Assembly: GCA_002238485.1 (NCBI GenBank)
Contig: MPMG01000002.1
Span: forward strand, 52,689-116,688
DNA length: 64,000 nucleotides
DNA from: Chloroflexi bacterium bin20
GTDB lineage: Bacteria > Chloroflexota > Anaerolineae > Aggregatilineales > Phototrophicaceae
Direction: 5' to 3'
Shown: in pieces, positions 8,302 through 17,475 of the stretch
Layout of the letters: the number at the start of each line of letters is the position of its first letter
Position numbering within the stretch: position 1 is the first letter of the stretch
The notes under the pieces: model-generated
Databases searched by the model: none
What the model was told of the DNA's origin: nothing
Seen by the model: the letters and a program-made list of their open reading frames with translations, nothing else
Translations under genes and position numbers: made by a program

Positions 8302-9993
8302 ATGAACAAAATTCGTTTACTCAGCGCCTTTGCCGTCCTGCTGCTTGCTGTCGGCTTGGCGGGCGCGCAGATGACACCCCGCGGCGGCACTGTCGTCGTC
8401 AGCGATGGCGAACAGCTCGTCGGCAAGAATTTCAATCCCTTCAGCCCCGACCCGCTGAACTTCACCGACCGCTTCATCTATGAGCCGATGTTGATCTTCA
8501 ATCCCGTAGATGGCGGCGTGGCCACACCCTGGCTGGCGACCGGCTATGAATATGCCGAAGACCTGCAAAGCGTCACTTTCAACATTCGCGAAGGCGTGAT
8601 GTGGAGCGATGGCGAAATGCTGGACAGCGGCGATGTCGCTTTCACCTTCAACCTCTTCCTCACCGTGCCGGCCACGGACATAGCCGCCATCAGAGACTTC
8701 CTGGAGAGCGTCGAAGTCATCGATGACTCCACCGTCCAGTTCAATCTCAACCGCGTCTATACCCTGGCGCATGAACTGATTGGCTCGCAGATGATCGTGC
8801 CCGAGCACAACTGGGCAGATGTTGAAGATTATGCCCTCTTCACCAATAGCGAGCCTGTCGGCACCGGCGCCATGACGACTGTCGCCGACTTCAACGAGCA
8901 GTCCTACACCCTCTGCCGCAACGAGAATTACTGGCGCATGGACGAAAGCGGCGCGCAGCTGCCCTATGTCGACTGCATCCGCCAGGTGCTCTTCCAGGGC
9001 AACGATCCCGCCAATCTGGCGCTGATCAATGGCGAGCTGGATTGGGTCGGCAACTTCGTGCCCGATATCGAGCAGACCTTCATCGCCCAGAATCCCGACA
9101 AGCATGGCTACTACTTCTGGCCCGGCGGCGCGACGGTGCAGCTCTACAGCAACACCAGCAAAGAGCCTTTCAGCGATGTCAACTTCCGCCGCGCGCTGAG
9201 CATGGCTATCGACTACGAAGCCGTAACCAGCATCGGCATGTATGGCTACACCAGCCCGGCCAACGCGGTTGGTCTTGGTCCGCGCTACGACTCCTGGGTC
9301 AGCGCAGACGCAACCGCCTACGCCGATAGCACGGGCCAGACCCGTTACAATCCCGATGGCGCGATGGCGCTGTTGGACGAAAGCGGTTATGTAGACAGCG
9401 ATGGCGACGGCATCCGCAACCTGCCCGGCGGCGACAACATCGACTTCAAGGTGCAGGTCGTCAATGGCTGGACGGACTGGGTGACCAGCGTGCAGATCAT
9501 GAGCCAGAACTTCCAGGATGTCGGCTTGAGCGCCACCGTAGAAACGCCGGACTTCGGCGCATGGTTCTCTGCCCTGCAGAATGCCACCTACGAAGTCTCG
9601 ATTGGCTGGGGCACGGCTGGCAACACGCCCTACAACTACTTCCGCAACTTGCTGCTCAGCGAGTTGATCAGCGATGAAGGCGTTGCCAACGCCGAAACCT
9701 GGAGCCGCTGGACCAGCGACGAGGCGGACGCGCTGCTGAGCGCCTTCACCGAAACCGCCGACGCCGCGCAGCACATGGACATCGTCAACCAGCTGCAAAT
9801 GCTGTATGTCGAGAATATGCCAGCTATCCCGCTCTTCCCGGGACCGACCTGGTATGAATACACGACCTACCGCTTCACCGGCTTCCCCACTGAAGACAAC
9901 TACTATGCGCAGGGCAGCCCCTGGGAGCGCAACTCGGCAGCGATCGTCATCAGCACGATCCACTGCATCGACGACATGGCTTGCGGGCAGTAA
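8302..9993 (+). CDS. ABC transporter substrate-binding protein, family 5 (DppA/OppA-like; possibly oligosaccharide-binding)
   Basis: Signal peptide MNKIRLLSAFAVLLLAVGLAGAQ, AAGGAG RBS, and about 563 aa with family-5 SBP architecture. Followed by two permease genes and two ATPase genes. Confidence 0.85.
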   Translation: MNKIRLLSAFAVLLLAVGLAGAQMTPRGGTVVVSDGEQLVGKNFNPFSPDPLNFTDRFIYEPMLIFNPVDGGVATPWLATGYEYAEDLQSVTFNIREGVMWSDGEMLDSGDVAFTFNLFLTVPATDIAAIRDFLESVEVIDDSTVQFNLNRVYTLAHELIGSQMIVPEHNWADVEDYALFTNSEPVGTGAMTTVADFNEQSYTLCRNENYWRMDESGAQLPYVDCIRQVLFQGNDPANLALINGELDWVGNFVPDIEQTFIAQNPDKHGYYFWPGGATVQLYSNTSKEPFSDVNFRRALSMAIDYEAVTSIGMYGYTSPANAVGLGPRYDSWVSADATAYADSTGQTRYNPDGAMALLDESGYVDSDGDGIRNLPGGDNIDFKVQVVNGWTDWVTSVQIMSQNFQDVGLSATVETPDFGAWFSALQNATYEVSIGWGTAGNTPYNYFRNLLLSELISDEGVANAETWSRWTSDEADALLSAFTETADAAQHMDIVNQLQMLYVENMPAIPLFPGPTWYEYTTYRFTGFPTEDNYYAQGSPWERNSAAIVISTIHCIDDMACGQ

Positions 9994-10084
9994 GCCGTCT
10001 ATACTAACGATAGCTGGCGGGGTCTTTCGGGGTTCCGCCAGCTATCACTTGATTTCTCGATCGCCAATTTTCAAGGCTCAAGAT

Positions 10085-11155
10085 ATGACAACCGCGGTCG
10101 GCAAGCGCGCAGCTCGAAAGCCGGACGACGATCCTGGCATGCTCACCAAGCTGCTGGACGGCGTCTATGCCATCTTCAAATCTCGTTTTTTGCGGCGACG
10201 CTTCGTTTTTTATCTGGTGGCTGCCTTCGCCGCTGTCACACTGAACTTCATCATCCCGCGCTTGATGCCTGGCGACCCGGTGCAGCTGCTCTTCGCGCGC
10301 TTCCAGGGCAAGCTGGATCCGCGCGCCTTTGAAGCCATCAAGGAGCAATTTGGCTTTGTACAAGGTCCCTTGTTCGAACAATATCTGCTCTACCTGCGCA
10401 GCATCGTCACGCTGGATTTTGGGCCATCCATCATGGGATTCCCCGTTCCGGTTGCCCAGGTGATCGGCAGCAGCCTGCGCTGGACGCTGATCTTGGCGGG
10501 CATTTCCTCGGTGATGTCATTCCTGATCGGCGCCTTGCTGGGTGTTCTGGCTGCCTGGCGTCGCGGCGGGCGCATTGATACCATCCTGCTGCCGATCGCC
10601 AGCGTCTTCGGGGCTTTTCCCTATTTCTTCATCGCGCTTATCGCTGTTTATGTGCTCGGCTTCCAGCTAGATGTTTTCCCCACCAGCCACGCTTATAACA
10701 CCGCCATTCGGCAAGATTGGGCTTCGACCGAGTTTCTGTGGAGCGTCGTCTATCACATGATTTTGCCGCTCTTCACCATCGTCGTGACGGCGACTGGCGG
10801 CTGGATGCTGGGCATGCGCAACAATATGATCGGTGTGCTTTCGCAAGATTATATCGTCATGGCAGAAGCCAAGGGTCTCTCGGACAGACGCATCATGCTT
10901 CTCTACGCCGCCCGCAACGCCATCTTGCCCAGCCTGACCGCCTTCGGCATGTCATTTGGCTTCGTCATCGCTGGTTTGCTGCTGACGGAGATTGTCTTTT
11001 CCTACCCTGGCATGGGCTACACATTTTTGCTGGCGGTTAACGCGCGTGATTACCCGGTCATGCAAGGCATATACCTGATGATCACGGTGACGGTGCTGGT
11101 GGCGAATTTCATCGCTGATATGAGTTATGTCTTGCTCGATCCGCGAGCCCGCTGA
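10085..11155 (+). CDS. ABC transporter permease (DppB/OppB type)
   Basis: Multi-TM protein with the conserved loop MAEAKGLSDRRIMLLYAARNAILPSL. Start at ATG 10085 within ORF 9806..11155. Confidence 0.85.
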   Translation: MTTAVGKRAARKPDDDPGMLTKLLDGVYAIFKSRFLRRRFVFYLVAAFAAVTLNFIIPRLMPGDPVQLLFARFQGKLDPRAFEAIKEQFGFVQGPLFEQYLLYLRSIVTLDFGPSIMGFPVPVAQVIGSSLRWTLILAGISSVMSFLIGALLGVLAAWRRGGRIDTILLPIASVFGAFPYFFIALIAVYVLGFQLDVFPTSHAYNTAIRQDWASTEFLWSVVYHMILPLFTIVVTATGGWMLGMRNNMIGVLSQDYIVMAEAKGLSDRRIMLLYAARNAILPSLTAFGMSFGFVIAGLLLTEIVFSYPGMGYTFLLAVNARDYPVMQGIYLMITVTVLVANFIADMSYVLLDPRAR

Positions 11156-11172
11156 GCCTGTAAGCGAGGACA

Positions 11173-12159
11173 ATGATGATGACGAAGAACAAGGCAAAAA
11201 CATCAAATTCGCTTTATCGGCTGTGGATGATCTTGCCCGGCTGGTCGCGTTCAATTATCAATAACAAGAAAGCGCTGGCCGGCATTTTGATCCTGGCTTT
11301 CTTTTTCATAGTCGCTTTACTGGCGCCTTGGCTTTCGCCGACCGCCCCGCAGCGCATGCTTGGACGGCCGCACGATCCGCCATCTGAGAAGTATGTGCTG
11401 GGCACGACGCGTCAAGGGCAAGATGTTTCCGCGCAGATGGTATATGGCGCGGGCGGCTCGCTGCGCGTCGGTTTCCTCACCGGTACAATCGTCATCGTCA
11501 TCGCCATCGCGGTTGGCATAACGGCCGGCTATGTTGGTGGCGTTACTGACGAAGTTCTCTCACTCATATCCAACATATTCCTTACCGTGGGAGGCTTGCC
11601 ACTGATCATCGTGGTCGCTGCTTTAATCGAAAAACCGGGTCCCGACACAATTATCCTGGTGCTCAGCATCACCAGTTGGGCTTGGGGGGCGCGGGTCTTG
11701 CGCTCGCAGACCCTGTCCCTGCGCAACAGCGAATTTGTCGAAGCGGCGCGAGTCAGTGGCGAGCCGCTCTGGCGCATCATCGCTGTCGAAATCTTGCCCA
11801 ACATGACCTCACTGGTCGCCTCCGTCTGGATCGGCGCGGTACTCTACGCCATCCTGGCGCAAGCCGCCCTGGAGTTCATCGGTCTGGGCGACCCCAACAG
11901 CGTCACCTGGGGCACCATCCTCTATTGGGCGCAGAACAATCAGGCTCTGCTCACCGGCGCCTGGTGGACCTTCATCCCGCCTGGCGTGGCGATTTCGGCA
12001 GTCGGCTTGAGCCTGACGCTGATCAACTACGGCATCGACGAAATCACCAACCCGCGCCTGGCAACTCATGTGGCTGCGCCCGTAAAAAGAGCCCGCTTCT
12101 GGGAAAGATTTTTAGGATTAAGAATGGGGAGTAGTGGTGCCGAAATCATCTCAAGTTGA
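11173..12159 (+). CDS. ABC transporter permease (DppC/OppC type)
   Basis: Multi-TM protein with VEAARVSGEPLWRIIAVEILPN. Three consecutive ATGs at 11173-11181; the exact start is uncertain. Confidence 0.85.
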   Translation: MMMTKNKAKTSNSLYRLWMILPGWSRSIINNKKALAGILILAFFFIVALLAPWLSPTAPQRMLGRPHDPPSEKYVLGTTRQGQDVSAQMVYGAGGSLRVGFLTGTIVIVIAIAVGITAGYVGGVTDEVLSLISNIFLTVGGLPLIIVVAALIEKPGPDTIILVLSITSWAWGARVLRSQTLSLRNSEFVEAARVSGEPLWRIIAVEILPNMTSLVASVWIGAVLYAILAQAALEFIGLGDPNSVTWGTILYWAQNNQALLTGAWWTFIPPGVAISAVGLSLTLINYGIDEITNPRLATHVAAPVKRARFWERFLGLRMGSSGAEIISS

Positions 12160-13141
12160 CAGCCAAGAGCCGCTGATCCAAATCCAGAATCTGAATGTCG
12201 AATATCGGACAGTCAGAGGCGCTGTGCGGGCGGTCGAAAATGTCAGCTTTGACCTCTATCCCAACGAAGTCTTTGGGCTGGCGGGCGAAAGCGGCTGTGG
12301 CAAGACCACCATCGCCAATGCCATGACGCGCTTGTTGAAGCCACCCGCCTATATCACTGGCGGCAAACTCATGTTCCGCGATATTGACATTCTGCAATTG
12401 GACGCCGAACGTCTGCGCGCTTTCCGCTGGGATCAACTCGCAATCGTCTTCCAGAGCGCCATGAACGCGCTGAATCCCGTGCTGACCATCGGCAATCAGA
12501 TCATTGACGCCATGCAAGCCCATCAGGCAATTTCTTATGCAGAAGCGCGCAGCCATGCCAAGCGCCTGCTGCGGACTGTTGGGATCGATGTGGCGCGCGT
12601 CGACAGCTACCCGCACCAGCTCAGCGGCGGTATGCGGCAACGCGCAGTCATCGCCATCGCCCTGGCCCTCAATCCCGAGCTCATCATCATGGACGAACCG
12701 ACCACCGCCCTCGATGTCGTGGTGCAAAAGCAGATCTTGCAAGAAATCAAAGACCTGCGCGAACAATTCGGCTTCTCTATTCTCTTCATCACGCACGACC
12801 TGTCGCTGCTTGTCGAAATCTCCGACCGCATCGGCATTATGTACGCCGGCAAATTCGTCGAAGCGGGTCCCGCGCGCGAAATCTTCAGCGACCCCAAACA
12901 TCCCTATACCAACCGGCTGATGAACTCCTTCCCCACCGTGCATGGTCCACGCCGCGAGCTGCTGGGCATCCCCGGCGCGCCGCCCGATCTCATCGACCCG
13001 CCCGCTGGCTGCCGCTTTCATCCGCGCTGCGAATTGGCGATAGCCGGCGAATGCGAGCGAATCGTGCCGCCCCTGATCCGCATCGGCGGTCAACGCGATG
13101 TCGCCTGCCATCTCGTCAAAGAAGCGGAGGCGGCATCATGA
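12134..13141 (+). CDS. ABC transporter ATP-binding protein (DppD/OppD type)
   Basis: Walker A GESGCGKTT, signature LSGGMRQR, Walker B IIMDEPTTALD, C-terminal PKHPYT oligopeptide-type extension. GTG start. Confidence 0.9.
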   Translation: MVPKSSQVDSQEPLIQIQNLNVEYRTVRGAVRAVENVSFDLYPNEVFGLAGESGCGKTTIANAMTRLLKPPAYITGGKLMFRDIDILQLDAERLRAFRWDQLAIVFQSAMNALNPVLTIGNQIIDAMQAHQAISYAEARSHAKRLLRTVGIDVARVDSYPHQLSGGMRQRAVIAIALALNPELIIMDEPTTALDVVVQKQILQEIKDLREQFGFSILFITHDLSLLVEISDRIGIMYAGKFVEAGPAREIFSDPKHPYTNRLMNSFPTVHGPRRELLGIPGAPPDLIDPPAGCRFHPRCELAIAGECERIVPPLIRIGGQRDVACHLVKEAEAAS

Positions 13142-14154
13142 GCCGAAACCACCAAAACAGACAGCCCGTCCTCGAAGCGCGCGACCTGAGCAAAGACTTC
13201 CATACCGGTGGCGCCTTCACCGGCGGCGTCGTCAAAGCTGTCCAGGGCGCGAGCTTCAAACTCTTTCGCGGGCATGTGGTCGCGCTGGTGGGCGAAAGCG
13301 GCAGCGGCAAGAGCACGATCGTGCGCATGTTGGCGCGCCTGCACGAGCCCACGGCCGGCGAGATCTTCTACAATGGCGAGGCGGTGCTCTCTCAACGCGG
13401 ACGCCGCGCTCTGCTGCGTTATCGGTCGCAAGTGCAGATGGTCTTCCAAGACCCATTCGGTTCGCTCAACCCCGTGCATCGCGCCAGCCACGCCGTCCAG
13501 CGCCCGCTGAAGATCTACAACAAAGCAAATAGCCGACAAGAGCTGCGCGACAAGCTGGAAGAGCTCTTTGCCATGGTCTCGCTGACGCCGGTGGACGAAT
13601 TCATCGAGAAATATCCGCACCAACTCAGTGGCGGACAACGGCAGCGCATCGCCATCGCCCGCGCACTGGCTGCCGATCCAGAGGTCATCCTGGCCGACGA
13701 GCCGGTTTCCATGCTGGATGTGTCGATCCGCCTGGGTATTTTGAATCTGATGGGGCGGCTGCGCGACGAACAGGGCATCGGCTTTTTGTATGTGACGCAC
13801 GACCTGGCCAGCGCGCGCTACTTCGCCGATGAGATCCTGGTCATGTACGCCGGCTTCATCGTCGAGCAGGCCCCCGCCGAAGAGCTCATCAGCGATCCCA
13901 AACACCCCTATACGCAGATGCTGCTGGCGGCAGTGCCCGACCCCACCCGCGGACTCAAGACCGAAAATATCGAGCTGGAAGGCGAAATCCCCGATCTGAC
14001 CAGTCTGGGCGGCGGCTGTCCATTTGCGCCGCGCTGCCAGCACGCCATGGATATCTGCAACGAAGCCATGCCCGCCCAAACCACGCTCGAAGATGGGCGT
14101 TGGGTGCGCTGTTATCTGTACGAAGACGAGCTTGCGCCTGCGCAGATGAATTGA
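13138..14154 (+). CDS. ABC transporter ATP-binding protein (DppF/OppF type)
   Basis: GESGSGKST, LSGGQRQR, ILADEPVSMLD, PKHPYT. ATG 13138 overlaps the upstream stop codon (ATGA). Confidence 0.9.
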   Translation: MSRNHQNRQPVLEARDLSKDFHTGGAFTGGVVKAVQGASFKLFRGHVVALVGESGSGKSTIVRMLARLHEPTAGEIFYNGEAVLSQRGRRALLRYRSQVQMVFQDPFGSLNPVHRASHAVQRPLKIYNKANSRQELRDKLEELFAMVSLTPVDEFIEKYPHQLSGGQRQRIAIARALAADPEVILADEPVSMLDVSIRLGILNLMGRLRDEQGIGFLYVTHDLASARYFADEILVMYAGFIVEQAPAEELISDPKHPYTQMLLAAVPDPTRGLKTENIELEGEIPDLTSLGGGCPFAPRCQHAMDICNEAMPAQTTLEDGRWVRCYLYEDELAPAQMN

Positions 14155-14394
14155 ATTCACCACAGAGACTCAGAGATTATCTGTATGCTATAATCCCGCG
14201 CGCGTAGCTTCCACCTGACCTACCGGGGGCGAGGGGAATCACCGGAGTCAACATGGCAAAAAACCGCAACCTGATTATTCTCCGCAACAAGCGGCTGCAA
14301 ACATGAAACTGCCGCCCTTTTCTCTGTGCCCTGTGTGTCTATGCGGTGAATTCTTTTCGCATTTTGCCAGGCGCGACAACGAAAGGACAATCTG

Positions 14395-15267
14395 ATGAGC
14401 GATGTAAAAGCCGTCTGGGAAATCCCGGCGATATTGGGCGAAGGTCCCCTGTGGGCGCCCAGCGAAGATGCCGTCTATTGGGTCGATATCTTCAGCAGCA
14501 AGGTGCACTGTTATGGGCACAGCGATGGGCGCAAAATCACCTGGACATTCGACTTCCCCATCACCAGTCTGGCAGAACGGGCTGACGGCGGCTTCATCGG
14601 TACACTGAACGACGGCTATGCCTGGATCAACTTTGATGTAATCTCCGCGCAGCCTATTGCCCTGCCCGAAGCGGACATGCCCGGCAACCGCTTCAACGAT
14701 GGCAAAGTCGACAGCAGCGGACGTTTTTGGGCGGGCACGATGGATAGGGAGCAGGTGGCAGAAAGCGGCTCGCTTTATCGCCTCGACCCCGACCTCAGCT
14801 GGCAGCAGTGCGACAGCGACTACATCATCTGCAATGGACCGACCTTCAACCTCGACAACAGCATCATCTATCACACCGACAGCATCAAGCGCAGGATCTA
14901 CGCGCTGGATATGGATTCGGCGGGCGAGCTGAGCAACAAGCGCGTCTTCACGCAATTCACTTCAGCCGACGAAGGCGTGCCCGATGGCATGACCATCGAC
15001 AGCGAAGATTGCATCTGGGTGGCGCATTTTGGTGGCGCGCGCATCACCCGCTATTCGCCGGCTGGCGAGATTCTGACGGTCCTGCCGCTGCCCGTGCCCA
15101 ATATCACCAGCTGCACTTTCGCTGGCGCAGACCTCGACACGCTCTACATCACCACAGCCAGCACGGGCATAGACGAAGCCGACAAAGCCAAGTATCCGCT
15201 GGCGGGCAGTTTCTTCCGCTGTGTGCCTGGCGTGAAAGGCGCTCCGACCGCGAAGTTCGGCGGGTGA
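14395..15267 (+). CDS. SMP-30/gluconolactonase/LRE-family lactonase
   Basis: EGPLWAP..VYWVDI, NRFNDGKVDSSGRFWAGTM and PDGMTIDSEDCIWVAHFGG are typical six-bladed propeller lactonase motifs. Confidence 0.85.
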   Translation: MSDVKAVWEIPAILGEGPLWAPSEDAVYWVDIFSSKVHCYGHSDGRKITWTFDFPITSLAERADGGFIGTLNDGYAWINFDVISAQPIALPEADMPGNRFNDGKVDSSGRFWAGTMDREQVAESGSLYRLDPDLSWQQCDSDYIICNGPTFNLDNSIIYHTDSIKRRIYALDMDSAGELSNKRVFTQFTSADEGVPDGMTIDSEDCIWVAHFGGARITRYSPAGEILTVLPLPVPNITSCTFAGADLDTLYITTASTGIDEADKAKYPLAGSFFRCVPGVKGAPTAKFGG

Positions 15268-15276
15268 GTCTATCTT

Positions 15277-15365
15277 GCCCCCGGTCCCCCCGACAAGTCA
15301 GGGGGCGGCACAACCCCCCTCAGTCTCCCCGAAAAGTCAGGGGAAGGCACAACCCCCCTCAGCCG
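15277..15365. repeat. tandem copies (about 2.3 units of about 39 bp) of the CCCCC..GTC..CCCCGA-loop-GTCAGGGG hairpin module (module Y)
   Basis: The sequence reads cccccggtccccccgacaagtcagggggcggcacaa / cccccctcagtctccccgaaaagtcaggggaaggcacaa / cccccctcagcc. Lies between convergent stop codons at 15267 and 15359. Confidence 0.8.
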
Positions 15366-17171
15366 CAAGTCCCGATCGGCTCGACGAAGGCGGCGCTTAT
15401 CCAGCCCTTCACGCCGTGAAAATCCACCTTGAACCAATCTGCCGTGCGCGCGACCGCCGTCAATGTCGCGTTGTAGGGGACGGCTCGGATGACATCGCCG
15501 CCGGGACTGGCGCGGAAGTTCAGGATGTTCGTTGTGCGCGCCATGCAGCCGCTCAGGCTTCTCGCTTCGAGCGCGGGCGTGGGCGTGGGCGCAGCGGGCG
15601 GACGGTTGCCGGGCAGCAGGATCAAATTGCCCGGGCGGTCGATTATGGCGCAGGTCAAGCCGTTCTCGTTGGCTGCTGGTAAATCATAGACGACGCGGGG
15701 CAGCGGCGCGGTGTCGATGAATTTGAAGGCGCTGCCTTCCGCTTCAAAGCAGATTTTTGTGCCTGGCAGGATCCAGCTCCAGACATTGATAGCGTCGACG
15801 AAGCCTGCCGCGGCGATCTCCGTGTTGCCGATGCCCTCGGCGTCCAGTCGCTGGCATTGCGTGGATTCCGTAATGTTGTAGGTGACGATGCCGGGCAGGG
15901 TCAAGCAGGTCGAGACGCCGGGCGTGGCGGTTGCCTTGATTTCTGCGGGCGGGATGTAGATTGCGCCGCTGTCGCCTACGCTGGCGCTGCTGCCGCTCGT
16001 TTCTTGACGCGGGCGAGGTGGAGGCGGGGGCGGTGGCGGGACATATTCAAAAGCGCCGATGTCGCAGCTGCTTTCCTGCGGGCGTGTGACGCCACGCTGG
16101 TCGACAGTAACGCCATTGCTGCCCGTGATGCAGGTGGCGGCGTTCCTGGCGGGGCTGTTGGCCGCGATGGTGAAATAAGGCGGGCTGCCGGTGGCGCTGG
16201 ACGACAGCAGCGGATTAGCAGTTGAGAAGGGCGTGCCGCAGTGAGCTTCTGGGTCAGTGCTAGAGAAAGAAGCCAAACTATAGATGTTGCCCGTGTTGAC
16301 GGTAAGGGTTCCAGTGCTTTTTTGTCGTACGCAGTCCTCGCCAGAATTGCCATAGATGATGCTGTTTCGCATGGTCACCGAACCATTTTGAATTTTAAGG
16401 GCGTTAGAGCCAGAGTTGCCGGTGATGGTGACATGGTTGAGCTCGAAAGTGGCGGTGCTGCGGTTAGCGCCGAGAAGAAGCGCGCCTCCATTCAGACTGC
16501 TGAGGACCGAGTTGTTGTAAAAGGTGCTGTTCGTGATTTTGTGCGACTTGCCGTTCAAATACATAGCGCCGCCGCCCTTGTTTACGCTGCGGTTGTTATA
16601 AAAAGCGCTGCGATTGACAACCAGGTCGGCCTGGCTGTGTGACATGTAGAGAGCGCCGCCTTCGCCACCGCTTCTGCTGTCTTTGATGACGACTTGGTTT
16701 AAGGTCAGGTCGCCTTGCGCGTGGATCGCGCCGCCTTGGTCGGTTGCATTACTACCGACCCCATCGGTCAAAATCAGGTTGTTGATTGTTAAATCCCCTG
16801 TCGTAAAACGAACGTGGAATATGATGTGTTCGCCAGCTCCGCTAATCGTCCGTCCGTTGCCGTTGATGGTGATTGCGCTGGCGATTTCCGGAAGTATGGC
16901 GGTGAGTGTCCCGCCGCTCAGGGTGATATTGGCGGTGATATTGATGGTGTCGGCTTCGCTGTTGCCGTTGGCGGAATTGATGGCGGTGACGAGCGCGGCT
17001 TGGTTGGCGGCGGTGAATGTAGCAGCGCGGGCGGGCGCGACCGACAGCAGCAGGAAGACCAGCGCGGCGAGTATTAACTTGAATGCGAATGTGGAGTGGA
17101 AATGAAACGAAGCGGAATTGTTACGCGATATTACGGGGGGGGGGGGCGATATTGCGCTTGCCAGCGTTCAT
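15359..17171 (-). CDS. secreted right-handed parallel beta-helix protein (choice-of-anchor-Q/CSLREA-like) with poly-Pro linker and C-terminal SH3b domain; 5' end out of frame at a G12 tract
   Basis: The ORF track starts at TTG 16771, but the frame stays open upstream to TGA 17168-17170. That stretch encodes ...FKLILAALVFLLLSVAPARAATFTAANQAALVTAINSANGNSEADTINITANITL with no ATG, GTG or TTG. Other features: SCDIGAFEY, PPPPPPPPRPRQ, and C-terminal NILNFRASPGGDVIRAVPYNATLTAVARTADWFKVDFHGVKGWISAAFV (SH3b). ATG 17171 with a GGAG RBS is in the +1 frame across the tract. Confidence 0.7.
17135..17146. repeat. G12 homopolymer (C12 on the coding strand)
   Basis: Counted directly: ttac + 12 g + cgat. 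Lies between ATG 17171 and the signal-peptide codons (17024-17080) of the beta-helix gene. Confidence 0.95.
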
Positions 17172-17376
17172 TTTTCCATACTCCATTCTTGCCTGGGCGA
17201 TGTCATGTGGACAAGCGCTTGTTCTGGAACGCATAGATAAAATACCTGTCTTATCGCATGATTTTCTATGGTAATGCCATTTCCTGGATTGTCAAGCATT
17301 TGGATGAGAACGAAACAGGGCGATCGCTTCATAATGATGTTCTCAATCAATAACACAGAGAGCGCGGAGGGTGATG

Positions 17377-17400
17377 TTGGGGCGAGTCAGTGGGTCGCCC
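17377..17400. repeat. single GGGGCGA-loop-GTCGCCC hairpin (half of module X) in the HlyD 5' leader
   Basis: ttggggcgagtcagtgggtcgccc, the same hairpin as in the MITE-like copies. Confidence 0.6.
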
Positions 17401-17475
17401 AATAGAATCGCAGGGGTAGACCGCTCACGCCAGTTCCTATACAATGCCCGCGTCGGACACGGAGGGAGGCGACCC

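Noticed and set aside
14253-14306. Small ORF MAKNRNLIILRNKRLQT (17 aa) with GGAG 6 nt upstream, between the ABC ATPase and lactonase genes.
   Set aside because: It is too short to evaluate, has no recognisable family and lies in a spacer that also carries module Z repeat fragments. It could be a leader peptide, but I have no supporting evidence.
15277-15365. Tandem 39-bp repeats, considered as a possible mini-CRISPR array.
   Set aside because: There are only about 2.3 directly abutting units with no unique spacers, and no cas genes in the window. The unit is the same hairpin module found singly at many other intergenic sites.
17168-17356. A 62-aa ORF in the same frame as the beta-helix gene, separated only by TGA 17168-17170. 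I considered stop-codon read-through or selenocysteine recoding giving a longer N-terminus.
   Set aside because: The 62-aa translation (MLLIENIIMKRSPCFVLIQ...) sits in AT-rich promoter-like DNA, has no protein-like features and would place about 75 residues before the signal peptide. I saw no SECIS-like hairpin immediately after the TGA. The ATG/RBS plus G-tract frameshift explanation is simpler.
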